A stretch of DNA of 64,000 nucleotides from Gemmatimonadota bacterium (GTDB taxonomy: Bacteria > Gemmatimonadota > Gemmatimonadetes > Gemmatimonadales > Gemmatimonadaceae), in the NCBI GenBank assembly GCA_003171215.1, contig PMYN01000016.1:46970-110969 (forward strand). The letters are read 5' to 3'. Position 1 is the stretch's first letter, and the number at the start of each line of letters is the position of its first letter. Under the pieces are notes generated by a model. It was given only the letters and a program-made list of their open reading frames with translations. It was not told where the DNA came from and ran no database searches. Position numbers and translations under genes: made by a program. Below, piece by piece: positions 36,064 through 44,950 of this stretch.

Positions 36064-37098
36064 ATGACCTCGACCGCCGTGGCGCGTCGATCCACCGAAG
36101 ACAAGCTGACCGGCCGCCAAAAGGCTGCCATCCTCTGCATGGCGGTCGGCGCGGAGGAAGCGGCAAAGATCACGCAACGCCTCACGAGCGACGAGGTCGA
36201 CCTGATCTCGTTCGAGATCGCAAAGATGGATCGCGTGCAGCCCGATCTCGCCGAAAGCGTGCTCGTCGAGTGGATCGAATCCGCGGTCGCGAGCGAGGCG
36301 CTTTCGAGCGGCGGCGTGGACTACGCGAAGGAGATCCTCGAGAAGGCGTTCGGCTCGACGAAGGCCTCGAACATCCTCAAGCGCGTGGTCACGCAGCTCG
36401 CCGACACGGCCGGACTCTCGCGGCTGCACAATGCGGACCCGCAGCAAATCGCCAACATGTTCCGCAACGAGCATCCGCAGACGATCGCACTGATCCTCGC
36501 GCATCTCGTTTCGCCGCAGACCGCGGCCGTGCTCAAGGAGCTCGACCCCGCGCTCGGCGGCGACATCGCCTTCCGCATGGCGAAGATGGAGAAGGTCTCG
36601 CCGGAGATGCTCCTCCTGATCGAGAAGTCGCTAGGCACCGACACGGAGCTCGAGTTCCAGCAGGGGATGTCGCGCGCGGGCGGTCCGGCCGCGGTCGCCG
36701 AGGTCCTCAACCTGCTGCACGGCTCGCTCGAGAAACAGATCCTCGAGAAGATCTCCGGCCAGGACAGCGCGCTCGCGGAGCAGATCAAGAACCTGATGTT
36801 CGTGTTCGAGGACATCGTCGGGGTCGAAGACCACGCGGTGCAGCGCATCCTGCGCGACATCGAGACGAAGACGCTCGCGCTCGCGCTCAAGGGCGCGAGC
36901 GGCGAACTCAGGCAGCGCATCATGTCGCAGATGTCGCAGCGTGCGGTGGCGGCGCTGAAGGAAGAGATCGAAATGCTCGGCTCCGTGCGCGTGCGGGATG
37001 TCGAGGCGGCGCAGGCGACGATCGTCGCGCAGGCGCGGGCACTCGAAGAGGCGGGAGAGATCGTGCTCAACGGAAGCGAGAATGACCTCGTCAGCTAG
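36064..37098 (+). CDS. fliG: rotor/switch protein FliG
   Basis: LTGRQKAAILCMAVGAEEAAKI ... MFVFEDIVGVEDHAVQRILRDI ... LALALKGAS ... MSQRA. Confidence 0.92.
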   Translation: MTSTAVARRSTEDKLTGRQKAAILCMAVGAEEAAKITQRLTSDEVDLISFEIAKMDRVQPDLAESVLVEWIESAVASEALSSGGVDYAKEILEKAFGSTKASNILKRVVTQLADTAGLSRLHNADPQQIANMFRNEHPQTIALILAHLVSPQTAAVLKELDPALGGDIAFRMAKMEKVSPEMLLLIEKSLGTDTELEFQQGMSRAGGPAAVAEVLNLLHGSLEKQILEKISGQDSALAEQIKNLMFVFEDIVGVEDHAVQRILRDIETKTLALALKGASGELRQRIMSQMSQRAVAALKEEIEMLGSVRVRDVEAAQATIVAQARALEEAGEIVLNGSENDLVS

Positions 37099-37732
37099 GC
37101 CGTTCATCATCCGCGGCGATGCCGTCCGGACACGGGGCGGCACCTGGCGGCCGGACAGCCTGGCCGGCCTGCACAAGGCCGGCGCCGACGTGGGCGATCC
37201 CGCTGCCGACGCGGCGGCCGCGCACGGGAAGGAAGTCACCGAGGCCTACTCGCTCGGATTCGAGCAAGGCCGCCGCGAGGGCGAGCAGACGGAACAGGCG
37301 CGTCTCCGGAACTCGCTGCATTCGGTCGTCGACGCGCTCGACGTGATACGCGCGAGCGAAGAGCGCTGGAACGGCGCGCTGGAGGAGAACATCGGCGCGC
37401 TCGCGTGCGCCATCGCGCGGCATATCGTCGATCGCGAAATCACGGCCGACTCCGAACTCGTCTCTCGCCTCGTGAAACGGGCGGTCGCCGAGTTCCGGAT
37501 CGATCAGCCGGTGCGCGTGCGCGTGAACCCGAACGACCTCTCGATCATCGAGGCGAACTCGGACAGCGCGGACGCCGGCACCGGCAAGACGGCGCGCGAC
37601 GTACACTGGATCGGCGATCCGCGAATCGGCATCGGCGGATGCGTCGTCGAGGGACGCGAACGCATCGTGGACGGTCGCGTGGACACCGCGCTGGAGCGCG
37701 CCTACCGGCGCATCGCGTACCATCATGCCTAA
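37082..37732 (+). CDS. fliH: flagellar export ATPase regulator FliH
   Basis: Lies between fliG and fliI. EAYSLGFEQGRREGEQ ... LACAIARHIVDREI ... VRVNPNDL ... GGCVVEGRERIVDGRVDTAL. Confidence 0.8.
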   Translation: MTSSARPFIIRGDAVRTRGGTWRPDSLAGLHKAGADVGDPAADAAAAHGKEVTEAYSLGFEQGRREGEQTEQARLRNSLHSVVDALDVIRASEERWNGALEENIGALACAIARHIVDREITADSELVSRLVKRAVAEFRIDQPVRVRVNPNDLSIIEANSDSADAGTGKTARDVHWIGDPRIGIGGCVVEGRERIVDGRVDTALERAYRRIAYHHA

Positions 37733-39059
37733 GCTCCTCGCGCGACGCGTCGCCGAGCTGCCGCGGCTCGCGTCGTACGGGCGGGTGGTGCGCATCACCG
37801 GTCTCGTCGTCGAGGCCGCCGGCATCGACGTGGGACTCGGCGAGATCTGCAGCATCTCCTCGCTCTCCGACGGCCGCTCGGTGCTCGCGGAAGTCTGCGG
37901 CTTTCACGACAAGGGTGTGCTGCTCATGTCGCTCGGCGAGCTCGAAGGGATTCACCCGGGTTCCATGGTCGTGCCGCTTGGCCGGTCGATGGGCGTGCAG
38001 GTCGGCGAGTCGCTCCTCGGCCGGGTCCTCAACGGTCTGGGCCAGCCGATCGACGGCGGACCGAAGCTCGAACTCACCGAACGCATGCCGCTCGCGGCGG
38101 AGCCGCCGAATCCGCTGCACCGCCAGGTGATCAGCGAGCCGCTCGAAACGGGAGTTCGCGTGATCGACGGGCTGCTCGCGATCGGCCGCGGCCAGCGCAT
38201 CGGCATCTTCTCCGGCAGCGGCGTGGGCAAGAGCACGCTGCTCGGCATGATCGCGCGACAGGCGAAGGCTGACGTGAACGTCATCGCGCTGCTCGGCGAG
38301 CGCGGACGCGAAGTGCGCGACTTCATCGAGAACGCGCTCGGGCCGGAAGGACTGGCGCGTTCCGTCGTGATCGTCGCGACCGGCGACCAGGCCGCGCTCG
38401 TCCGGGCGCGCGGCGCGCTCGTCGCGACCGCGATCGCCGAATATTTCCGCGACCAGGGCAAGCACGTGATGCTGATGGTCGATTCCGTGACCCGGGTAGC
38501 CATGGCGTGGCGCGAGATCGGGCTCGCCGTCGGCGAGCCGCCAACGACCAAGGGATATCCGCCGTCGGTGTTCGCGTCGCTGCCGCGTCTCCTCGAGCGC
38601 GCGGGCAACGCTGCGACCGGCGGCATCACGGGCATCTACACCGTCCTCGTGGACGGCGACGACTTCAACGAGCCCGTGGCTGACGCGGCTCGCTCGATTC
38701 TCGACGGCCACATCGTGCTCACGCGAAAGCTCGCGGGCGCCGCCCACTATCCGGCCGTCGACGTGCTCGAGAGCAAGAGCCGCGTGAAGGATCACGTGAC
38801 CACGCCCGAACAGCAGGCGGCGGCACTCAAGCTGCTTCGCTCGGAGGCAGCGTTCCGCGAGAAAGAGGATCTCATCCTCGTCGGCGCGTATCTGAAGGGC
38901 ACCGATCCGGCGATCGACGCCGCCTTGCAGCTTCGCGATCCGGTCCTCGCGTTCCTCAGGCAGCCGCCATCCGAACACTCGCCGATCGCGAAGACGAGGA
39001 GCGAGCTTCTCTCACTCGTCGCTCGCCTCGACGCCGCCACCGTGCGGAAGACCGCGTGA
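37725..39059 (+). CDS. fliI: flagellum-specific ATPase FliI
   Basis: Walker A GSGVGKSTLLGMI, Walker B MLMVDSVTR, and TGIYTVLVDGDDFNEPV. Confidence 0.95.
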   Translation: MPKLLARRVAELPRLASYGRVVRITGLVVEAAGIDVGLGEICSISSLSDGRSVLAEVCGFHDKGVLLMSLGELEGIHPGSMVVPLGRSMGVQVGESLLGRVLNGLGQPIDGGPKLELTERMPLAAEPPNPLHRQVISEPLETGVRVIDGLLAIGRGQRIGIFSGSGVGKSTLLGMIARQAKADVNVIALLGERGREVRDFIENALGPEGLARSVVIVATGDQAALVRARGALVATAIAEYFRDQGKHVMLMVDSVTRVAMAWREIGLAVGEPPTTKGYPPSVFASLPRLLERAGNAATGGITGIYTVLVDGDDFNEPVADAARSILDGHIVLTRKLAGAAHYPAVDVLESKSRVKDHVTTPEQQAAALKLLRSEAAFREKEDLILVGAYLKGTDPAIDAALQLRDPVLAFLRQPPSEHSPIAKTRSELLSLVARLDAATVRKTA

Positions 39060-39529
39060 CCGCCCCGCACTTCCGGTTCCGCCTGCAGCGACTGCTCGAC
39101 CTCCGAGAACTCGCCGAGCGCAAGGCGGCCATCGGGCTCGCGACGGCGAGGAACGCCGAGGAAGAGGCGCGCCGTGAGCAGGAGTTGCTCGCCACGCAGC
39201 GGGCGGCGGCGCGCGAACTGCTGCTGCCGCCGGCCGGCGCACGCGGTCGCGTGTCCGAACTCCGCCAGGTCGCCGTGCTGCTCGAGCGCCTCGACGCGGG
39301 TGCCGCGCAAGCTGAGTACAAGGTTTCCAAGGCAGCACACCAGGTGCACCAGAAGCAGGTGCAGCTGGGCGAGAGTGTGACGGACCGTCGCGTGCTCGAT
39401 CGCCTGAAGGAGCGGCACCACGAGAGCTGGCGGATCGCCGAGGAGCGGGCAGATCGCGCGGTGATGGACGAGATCGGACGCGCGCGATTCGCCGAGCGCC
39501 CAGACCAAACCCGCACACCGGACGAATGA
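39056..39529 (+). CDS. fliJ: flagellar export chaperone/stalk protein FliJ
   Basis: 157-aa coiled coil. FRFRLQRLLDLRELAERKAA ... fits the FliJ pattern. The GTG start overlaps the fliI stop. Confidence 0.75.
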   Translation: MTAPHFRFRLQRLLDLRELAERKAAIGLATARNAEEEARREQELLATQRAAARELLLPPAGARGRVSELRQVAVLLERLDAGAAQAEYKVSKAAHQVHQKQVQLGESVTDRRVLDRLKERHHESWRIAEERADRAVMDEIGRARFAERPDQTRTPDE

Positions 39530-39533
39530 GCGC

Positions 39534-40142
39534 ATGGCAAAACGCATCCTGATGTTCGTCGCGACATTCGCGATCGCGCTGGGCGGAGCTACTGGCATCG
39601 TGGTGCTGCGCTGGAAACCCGTCGCGGCGCCTCCGATCGCTTCTTCCGCAGCGCTGACGGACCGGACCACGTCGCCCGATTCTTCGGCTGCGCGCGACAG
39701 CGCCGCGACAATCGACACGGCAAAGTCGACCAAGAGCTCGCCTGCCACCGCGCAGCCTGCGCCGGCGGCGGCGCACGACTCCGTCGTCCTCGCGTCGGCA
39801 TTGCCTGCGCTCAGCGCGCCCAGCGCGGCCGGAGCACAGATCACGCCGGGCACGCCGGGCACGCCGGGCACGCCGAAGTCGCCCGGCCAAACCGCAGCGG
39901 CCACGCAACAGCAGATCACGCCGGTCAGCTCGATGCTGGCCGGCGGGCGACTCAGCAAGATCTTCACCGCGATGCCGGCCCGCGAGGCCGCAAAAGTGCT
40001 CGAACAGATGGACGATTCGGACGTGAGGGAAATACTCGGCCGACTCAGTGACAAGAAGGCCGCCGAGTTGCTCGCGCTGCTTCCGACCGCACGCGCAGCC
40101 ACCATCAGCAAGGCATTGACGGGTCCGGGGACAGGCAAGTGA
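39534..40142 (+). CDS. membrane-anchored MgtE_N-like flagellar protein (YlxF/FlbB/MotE-like)
   Basis: N-terminal TM, a long Ala/Ser/Pro linker with GTPGTPGTP (9-bp DNA repeat x3), and a C-terminus KIFTAMPAREAAKVLEQMDDSDVREILGRLSDKKAAELLALL typical of the MgtE N-terminal-like fold. Confidence 0.55.
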   Translation: MAKRILMFVATFAIALGGATGIVVLRWKPVAAPPIASSAALTDRTTSPDSSAARDSAATIDTAKSTKSSPATAQPAPAAAHDSVVLASALPALSAPSAAGAQITPGTPGTPGTPKSPGQTAAATQQQITPVSSMLAGGRLSKIFTAMPAREAAKVLEQMDDSDVREILGRLSDKKAAELLALLPTARAATISKALTGPGTGK

Positions 40143-41968
40143 TGATCGCGACGGCGACGCTGCCCCTCCCGACCGTTCCGGCGACGGCGTCCGACGCGAC
40201 CGCGTCACAGGGCATGGTCGCCGTCGGCACGGGAACAATGACTCCCGCCGAGCAGGCGGCGTTCGCCGGTGTGCTCGCGCTATTGATCGAGCCCAAGGCG
40301 GCCGGCGTTCCGACGGCCGCGGTTCAGCCGGCCGCAAGCGACGATAGCGGCGACGCCGGGCAGTCGACGGAAGATTCGTCGGACGAGCCCAAGACCGATG
40401 CGCACAAAACGCTCGACCCTGCGAGCGATCTCACGGGCATCGCGCGCACGCTGAACGCATCGATGATCGTGCGCGATCTCGGCGCGCTCCAGCCGGTGTT
40501 TCGCGCGAAACTGGAGACGGTGATTCAGCGCATGAGCGAGGAGTACGGGCATACCGTTTCCGTCACCGAAACGTACCGCAACCAGGCCCGGCAGGATCAG
40601 CTCCTTCAGCAGGGACGGACGAAATCGGGGCCGATCGTAACGTGGACGAGCCACTCGTTGCACACGCGGGGCCGTGCCGCAGACCTGCTCATCGACGGCT
40701 CGTGGAACAATCCCGTGGGATTCCAGCATCTGCAGCAGATCGCGAGCGAGGAAGGCTTGTCGACGCTCGGCCCGCGCGATCCCGGACACGTCGAGTTGCG
40801 CGAAGACCCGCTCGGCACCATCACGAGCATGGCGCAGATCACCGGGATCGGCGTACAGGGCACGCCCGTCGCGACGCACCAGACGTCGGTGAACACGCCG
40901 TTCATCTTGTCCGGTGCGCGCGTTGCCGCGCAGGCGCCGCAAGCTGTCGCGGCTTTTCAGGTTGACGAGGTCGACCAGCCGGCGCAGGCCGCACCTGTTG
41001 GATCGGAAGTGCAGGTTGCTCAGGTTGCTCAGCTCGCTCAGGTCGCGAGAGTGGCTGTGGTCGCACCCGTTGCGCAGGTGGCGCAGGTGGCGCCCACCGC
41101 GCCGGTCGCGGCGCTCGTGCATTCGGAGCGGGCGTCGGCGCCGGCTGTCCGAGCGGCGATCACTCCGCCCGCTTCGGCCGCAGCGCCCGCAGTGCCCGCA
41201 GCGCCCGCACCAGCATCGCATCACTCATCGGCGCCCACGATCGAGACACCGGCTCGTGGCGCTTCGTACAAGGGCGAAGCGACACCGGCAGCCTCTTCTG
41301 CGTCGGGCGGCGGATCGTCCACGGACCCGGGAAGTGATCGCCGGCGCCGCGACCCTTCAAGCACCGCCGCGCCCGCGGCGGAATCGGTTGCGCCCGCCAG
41401 GACGACGGCCGCTCCGCCGCTCGCGGCCGCGTCGCAAATTTCCGGCGCCGAAACATCGTCAACGATCGAGACTGGAACGACCGCGCCGGTCGCCGATACC
41501 GGCACCGCTGCGCGCGCTGCGGCGCTGATCGCGTTGCAAGAGGCAAAGGACGCGTTGCCGGTGTCGCACATGCTGTTGCAACTCGACAATCCGGACGGTG
41601 GACTGGATCGCATTCGCGTCGGCGTTCGCGGTGCGATGGTCGGCGCAACTATTGACACGCACGATCCAGTTGCCGCCACCGACATGGCAAGAAACGTCCA
41701 GCAGCTCGCCAGCGCGCTGCAGGCGCGCGGATTGGACGCAGACTCGCTTCGCGTGCGGGTCGCCGGAGGTGCGAGCATGGCATCCCCGGGAGACCTCGCT
41801 CGCGCGGTGGCAGCGAGCGGTGATCGATCCGCGCCTCCCCTTGGCACGCTTTTCGCACAAGCTGGATCCCCATCATCACGCACGCGCGGCGAAGCGCAGG
41901 GGCAACGGTCCCAGCAGGACCCTTCTCGCCAACGCGCTCGCAAGGATCAACAAGGAGCTCAGCAGTGA
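40139..41968 (+). CDS. fliK: FliK-position protein: hook-length-control (Flg_hook-like) C-terminal domain plus an embedded LAS/M15-type zinc peptidoglycan peptidase domain
   Basis: Residues ~105-222 (nt ~40451-40804) read ETYRNQARQDQLLQQGRTKSGPIVTWTSHSLHTRGRAADLLIDGSW...GPRDPGHVE, the Peptidase_M15_4/VanY-like signature with an H, D, H ligand pattern. The C-terminus LLQLDNPDGGLDRIRVGVRGAMVGATIDTHDPVAATDMARNVQQLASALQARGLDADSLRVRV is FliK-like. Both ends overlap the neighbouring genes. Confidence 0.65.
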   Translation: MMIATATLPLPTVPATASDATASQGMVAVGTGTMTPAEQAAFAGVLALLIEPKAAGVPTAAVQPAASDDSGDAGQSTEDSSDEPKTDAHKTLDPASDLTGIARTLNASMIVRDLGALQPVFRAKLETVIQRMSEEYGHTVSVTETYRNQARQDQLLQQGRTKSGPIVTWTSHSLHTRGRAADLLIDGSWNNPVGFQHLQQIASEEGLSTLGPRDPGHVELREDPLGTITSMAQITGIGVQGTPVATHQTSVNTPFILSGARVAAQAPQAVAAFQVDEVDQPAQAAPVGSEVQVAQVAQLAQVARVAVVAPVAQVAQVAPTAPVAALVHSERASAPAVRAAITPPASAAAPAVPAAPAPASHHSSAPTIETPARGASYKGEATPAASSASGGGSSTDPGSDRRRRDPSSTAAPAAESVAPARTTAAPPLAAASQISGAETSSTIETGTTAPVADTGTAARAAALIALQEAKDALPVSHMLLQLDNPDGGLDRIRVGVRGAMVGATIDTHDPVAATDMARNVQQLASALQARGLDADSLRVRVAGGASMASPGDLARAVAASGDRSAPPLGTLFAQAGSPSSRTRGEAQGQRSQQDPSRQRARKDQQGAQQ

Positions 41969-42666
41969 CCGCACCGATCACGGGGACGTCCTCGACGACC
42001 AACAAGCTTCCGCTCAGCGGCTCGACCAGTTCGGGCGGTGCCAATCCTCTCGCCGGCATGAACGACTCGCTGGGAGAGAACGCGTTCATGCAGCTGCTGG
42101 TCGCGCAGATGACGCATCAGGACCCGACGGCGCCGACCGACAGCACCGCCATGGCATCGGAGCTCGCTCAGTTCTCCTCGCTCCAGGAACTCACGACCAT
42201 CAACACGACGCTGCAGGGACAGGGCACGACCACCACCGATCTCGCGAGCGCGGTAAACAACTCCGCGGCGCTGAGCCTCATCGGCAAGACCGTCACGGCC
42301 GCCAGCAGCCAGGTCGCAGTCGGTTCCAATGGGACCACGACCGTGAGCACGACGGTCCCCTCCACCGGAGGCGACCTCATCCTGACGATCACCGACTCGA
42401 ACGGGAACAAAGTTGCGACGAAGGACCTCGGACAGGTCACGGCGGGCACGCAGTCCGTTTCGCTCGCCGGCCTGACGGGCGGCCTCGCCAGCGGCGAGTA
42501 CAACGTGAAGTTCACCCTCACCGATGCGTCGGGCACGGTCACAAATCCCGCCTCGATGATCACCGCGAAGATCGACGGCGTCACGTTCAGCAGCAGCGGC
42601 GCGGAGGCAACCAGCGGCCCGCTGACGATTCCGATCGGCTCCATCGCCTCCGTCACTTCCAACTAA
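41965..42666 (+). CDS. flgD: hook capping/scaffold protein FlgD
   Basis: LGENAFMQLLVAQMTHQDPTAPTDSTAMASELAQFSSLQEL, plus a C-terminal beta-rich (FlgD Ig-like) part. Confidence 0.9.
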   Translation: MTAPITGTSSTTNKLPLSGSTSSGGANPLAGMNDSLGENAFMQLLVAQMTHQDPTAPTDSTAMASELAQFSSLQELTTINTTLQGQGTTTTDLASAVNNSAALSLIGKTVTAASSQVAVGSNGTTTVSTTVPSTGGDLILTITDSNGNKVATKDLGQVTAGTQSVSLAGLTGGLASGEYNVKFTLTDASGTVTNPASMITAKIDGVTFSSSGAEATSGPLTIPIGSIASVTSN

Positions 42667-42689
42667 ACCGACCCAGGAGCACCAGCACC

Positions 42690-44015
42690 ATGATGCCATC
42701 GCTTTTCGCCGGCGTGTCCGGTCTGCAGAATCACCAGACTGAAATGGACGTCATTGGCAACAACATCGCGAATGTCGACACCGTCGCGTTCAAGTCGAGC
42801 TCCGTCACGTTCAAGGAGGGATTCGCGCAGCTCCTGCAGGGCGCGAGCCGTCCACCGGGCAACCAGGGCGGCATCAACCCGATCCAGGTGGGACTCGGCA
42901 TGCAGATCGGTTCGATCAACACCAATATGACGCAGGGCAACCTGCAGTCCACCGGCGTGAACACGGACGTCGCAATCAACGGCGATTCGTTCTTCGTCGC
43001 GCGGCAGGGGAACCAGAGCTTCTATTCACGGTCCGGAAACTTCCAGATCGACGCACAGGGTAATCTCGTGGAACCGGACAACGGCTTCATCGTGCAGGGC
43101 AAGATGGCGGTGAACGGCACATTCTCGGATACCGTCGGCGACATCCAGCTTCCGTTCGGCCAGAAGGCGGCGGCGAATCCGACGAGCACCATGGAGCTGG
43201 GCGGCAATCTCGACGGTTCGCAACCGGTCTTCGACACCACCGATCTCAACACCACAAGGGCCGACGATGGATTCACCGTCGACACAATGGCCAACCCGGC
43301 AAACGCCAACTCCTTCACCACCACTACGGTGACCGCGTACGATTCACTCGGCACCAAGTACGACGTGAAAGTCGACCTCTGGAAGAGCTCGGACACCGAG
43401 TGGAGCTGGCAAGTGGACAAGACCAGCCTCCCCGGATGCGACCCGGACTCGATCGCGGGAAGCGGCACTCTGGCGTTCAATGGGGACGGCTCGCTCGATA
43501 CCACCGACACGGCGGGGACTGCGATCACGTTCACTCCTCCGGGAACAGGAGCGATCCCGGTGACCATCGCGATGGACCCCGGCTCAGGCGTGAACGGCAT
43601 CACCCAGTACGCCGGCACGACGACCGCGGTATTGCAGAACCAGAACGGCTACTCCTCCGGCACACTGGAAAATTTCTCAATCGACAACAATGGCGTGATT
43701 ACGGGTTCGTTCACCAACGGCGTGAACGTGTCGCTGGCGCAGATCGCGCTTGCCGACTTCAACAACCCGGCCGGTCTACTCCGCGTGGGAGACAACATGT
43801 ACCAGCAATCGGGCAACTCCGGCGGAGCCGTTGTCGGGTTTGCCGGAGCGGGAAGCCAGTCGACGCTCACGAGCGGCGCGCTCGAGATGTCGAACGTCGA
43901 TCTCGCGACGGAGTTCACCAACATGATCGTGGCCGAGCGCGGCTACGAGGCCAACGCGAAGACGATCACGACTTCGGACAACATGCTGCAATCGCTGATC
44001 CAGATGGTGCAGTGA
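42690..44015 (+). CDS. flgE: flagellar hook protein FlgE
   Basis: MMPSLFAGVSGLQNHQTEMDVIGNNIANVDTVAFKSS ... LEMSNVDLATEFTNMIVAERGYEANAKTITTSDNMLQSLIQM. Only the part of the 805-aa track ORF downstream of ATG 42690 is the gene. Confidence 0.95.
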   Translation: MMPSLFAGVSGLQNHQTEMDVIGNNIANVDTVAFKSSSVTFKEGFAQLLQGASRPPGNQGGINPIQVGLGMQIGSINTNMTQGNLQSTGVNTDVAINGDSFFVARQGNQSFYSRSGNFQIDAQGNLVEPDNGFIVQGKMAVNGTFSDTVGDIQLPFGQKAAANPTSTMELGGNLDGSQPVFDTTDLNTTRADDGFTVDTMANPANANSFTTTTVTAYDSLGTKYDVKVDLWKSSDTEWSWQVDKTSLPGCDPDSIAGSGTLAFNGDGSLDTTDTAGTAITFTPPGTGAIPVTIAMDPGSGVNGITQYAGTTTAVLQNQNGYSSGTLENFSIDNNGVITGSFTNGVNVSLAQIALADFNNPAGLLRVGDNMYQQSGNSGGAVVGFAGAGSQSTLTSGALEMSNVDLATEFTNMIVAERGYEANAKTITTSDNMLQSLIQMVQ

Positions 44016-44115
44016 CCTGAGTCGAGCTGAGTCGAGCTGAGTCGAGCTGAGTCGAGCTGAGTCGAGCTGAGTCGAGCTGAGTCGAGCTGAGTCGAGCTGA
44101 GTCGAGCTGAGCTGA
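44016..44115. repeat. perfect 10-bp tandem repeat (gtcgagctga) x9 with partial copies at both ends
   Basis: Counted directly. Units start at 44021, 44031 ... 44101. The array begins 1 nt after the flgE stop and ends ~35 nt before the terminator hairpin. Confidence 0.98.
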
Positions 44116-44149
44116 GCGTCACCGCCGTTCGAATCTTTGCCATGAAAGC

Positions 44150-44182
44150 GCGAGCCGGTCCACCCTGGGCCGGCTCGCTTTC
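44150..44182 (+). terminator. intrinsic terminator of the flgB...flgE operon
   Basis: gcgagccggtcc / gggccggctcgc form a 12-bp stem (one G-U pair) with an accct loop, followed by tttcg. Confidence 0.6.
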
Positions 44183-44335
44183 GTCGCAGCGAGTGCGACC
44201 CGGACCGGTCACTCGGCAAGAAGTGCCGCGCGCGTGATCGCATGGCGGACGCAGGCGAATCACGCGTCGCAGGCAATTCATCAGAACCTTCGCGACGGCA
44301 ATCAGTTAGCGCTGGATCCCGGTTCCGCGATTCTG

Positions 44336-44351
44336 TGGCACGCCGTGTGCG
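44336..44351 (+). promoter_or_regulatory. sigma-54 promoter candidate of the fliL operon
   Basis: TGGCAC-gccgt-GTGCG with GG/GC spacing of 12 nt. Lies ~50 nt upstream of the fliL ATG. Confidence 0.5.
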
Positions 44352-44401
44352 TTATCAAATCGCGAAACCGACGGATCCGCACTCTCTCTTTCTGCGCGAG
44401 A

Positions 44402-44944
44402 ATGCCAGCACCAACCGCCGCATTGGATAAGGAATCGTCCGCTGAAACCCCGCCAGAAGCGGCGCCGCGGCGCAAGCTCGTCGTTCCCCTCATCATCGGC
44501 GCGGCGATCGTCGTCGGCGGATCGGTCGGCGCGCTCGTACTCGGGCCTCGCGTCGCTCGGGCGCGAAGTCTCGCGCGCGATTCGACGTCGGCCGGCGTGC
44601 GCACTGAGAAAGCGGCCGCCGACCACGGCGCGGCGCCTGCCGACGCGCCGGTCCACATGATCGAGAACCTGGTGCTCAACCCCGCGGGGTCGGGCGGAGC
44701 GCGCTTTCTCCTTGCGTCCGTCGGCCTCCAGACCACGAGCGCCGTCGCGAACGAGCTGGTCATCAAGCGCGACGTCGAGGCACGCGACGTGGTCCTCGCG
44801 ATCCTCGGCGGCAAACGCGTCGAGGAGCTGGCCGAGATTTCGAATCGCGATCGGTTCCGGGTCGAACTCAAGAACGCGCTCGATTCGCTCCTGGGACCCG
44901 GCGTCGTACGCCGGATCTACTTCCCGCAGTTCGTGATTCAGTAA
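44402..44944 (+). CDS. fliL: flagellar basal-body-associated protein FliL
   Basis: Single TM (LVVPLIIGAAIVVGGSVGALVLG). HMIENLVLNPAGSGGARFLLASVGLQT ... RDRFRVELKNALDSLLG...VRRIYFPQFVIQ. Confidence 0.85.
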   Translation: MPAPTAALDKESSAETPPEAAPRRKLVVPLIIGAAIVVGGSVGALVLGPRVARARSLARDSTSAGVRTEKAAADHGAAPADAPVHMIENLVLNPAGSGGARFLLASVGLQTTSAVANELVIKRDVEARDVVLAILGGKRVEELAEISNRDRFRVELKNALDSLLGPGVVRRIYFPQFVIQ

Positions 44945-44950
44945 GCCGCC

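Noticed and set aside
37545-38978. 477-aa minus-strand ORF
   Set aside because: It lies antisense to fliI, which has Walker A and B motifs on the plus strand.
41598-44015. 805-aa plus-strand ORF
   Set aside because: It is a composite. The portion upstream of ATG 42690 is an alternative frame of fliK and flgD. The true gene is FlgE (42690-44015).
44016-44115. Possible CRISPR array
   Set aside because: The repeats are directly adjacent with no spacers and the unit is only 10 bp. No cas genes are visible in the window.
43776-44281. Minus-strand ORFs translating to LSSTQLDSAR repeats
   Set aside because: They are an artefact of reading through the 10-bp tandem array and the flgE 3' end. The 10-bp unit cannot maintain a biological reading frame under copy-number change.
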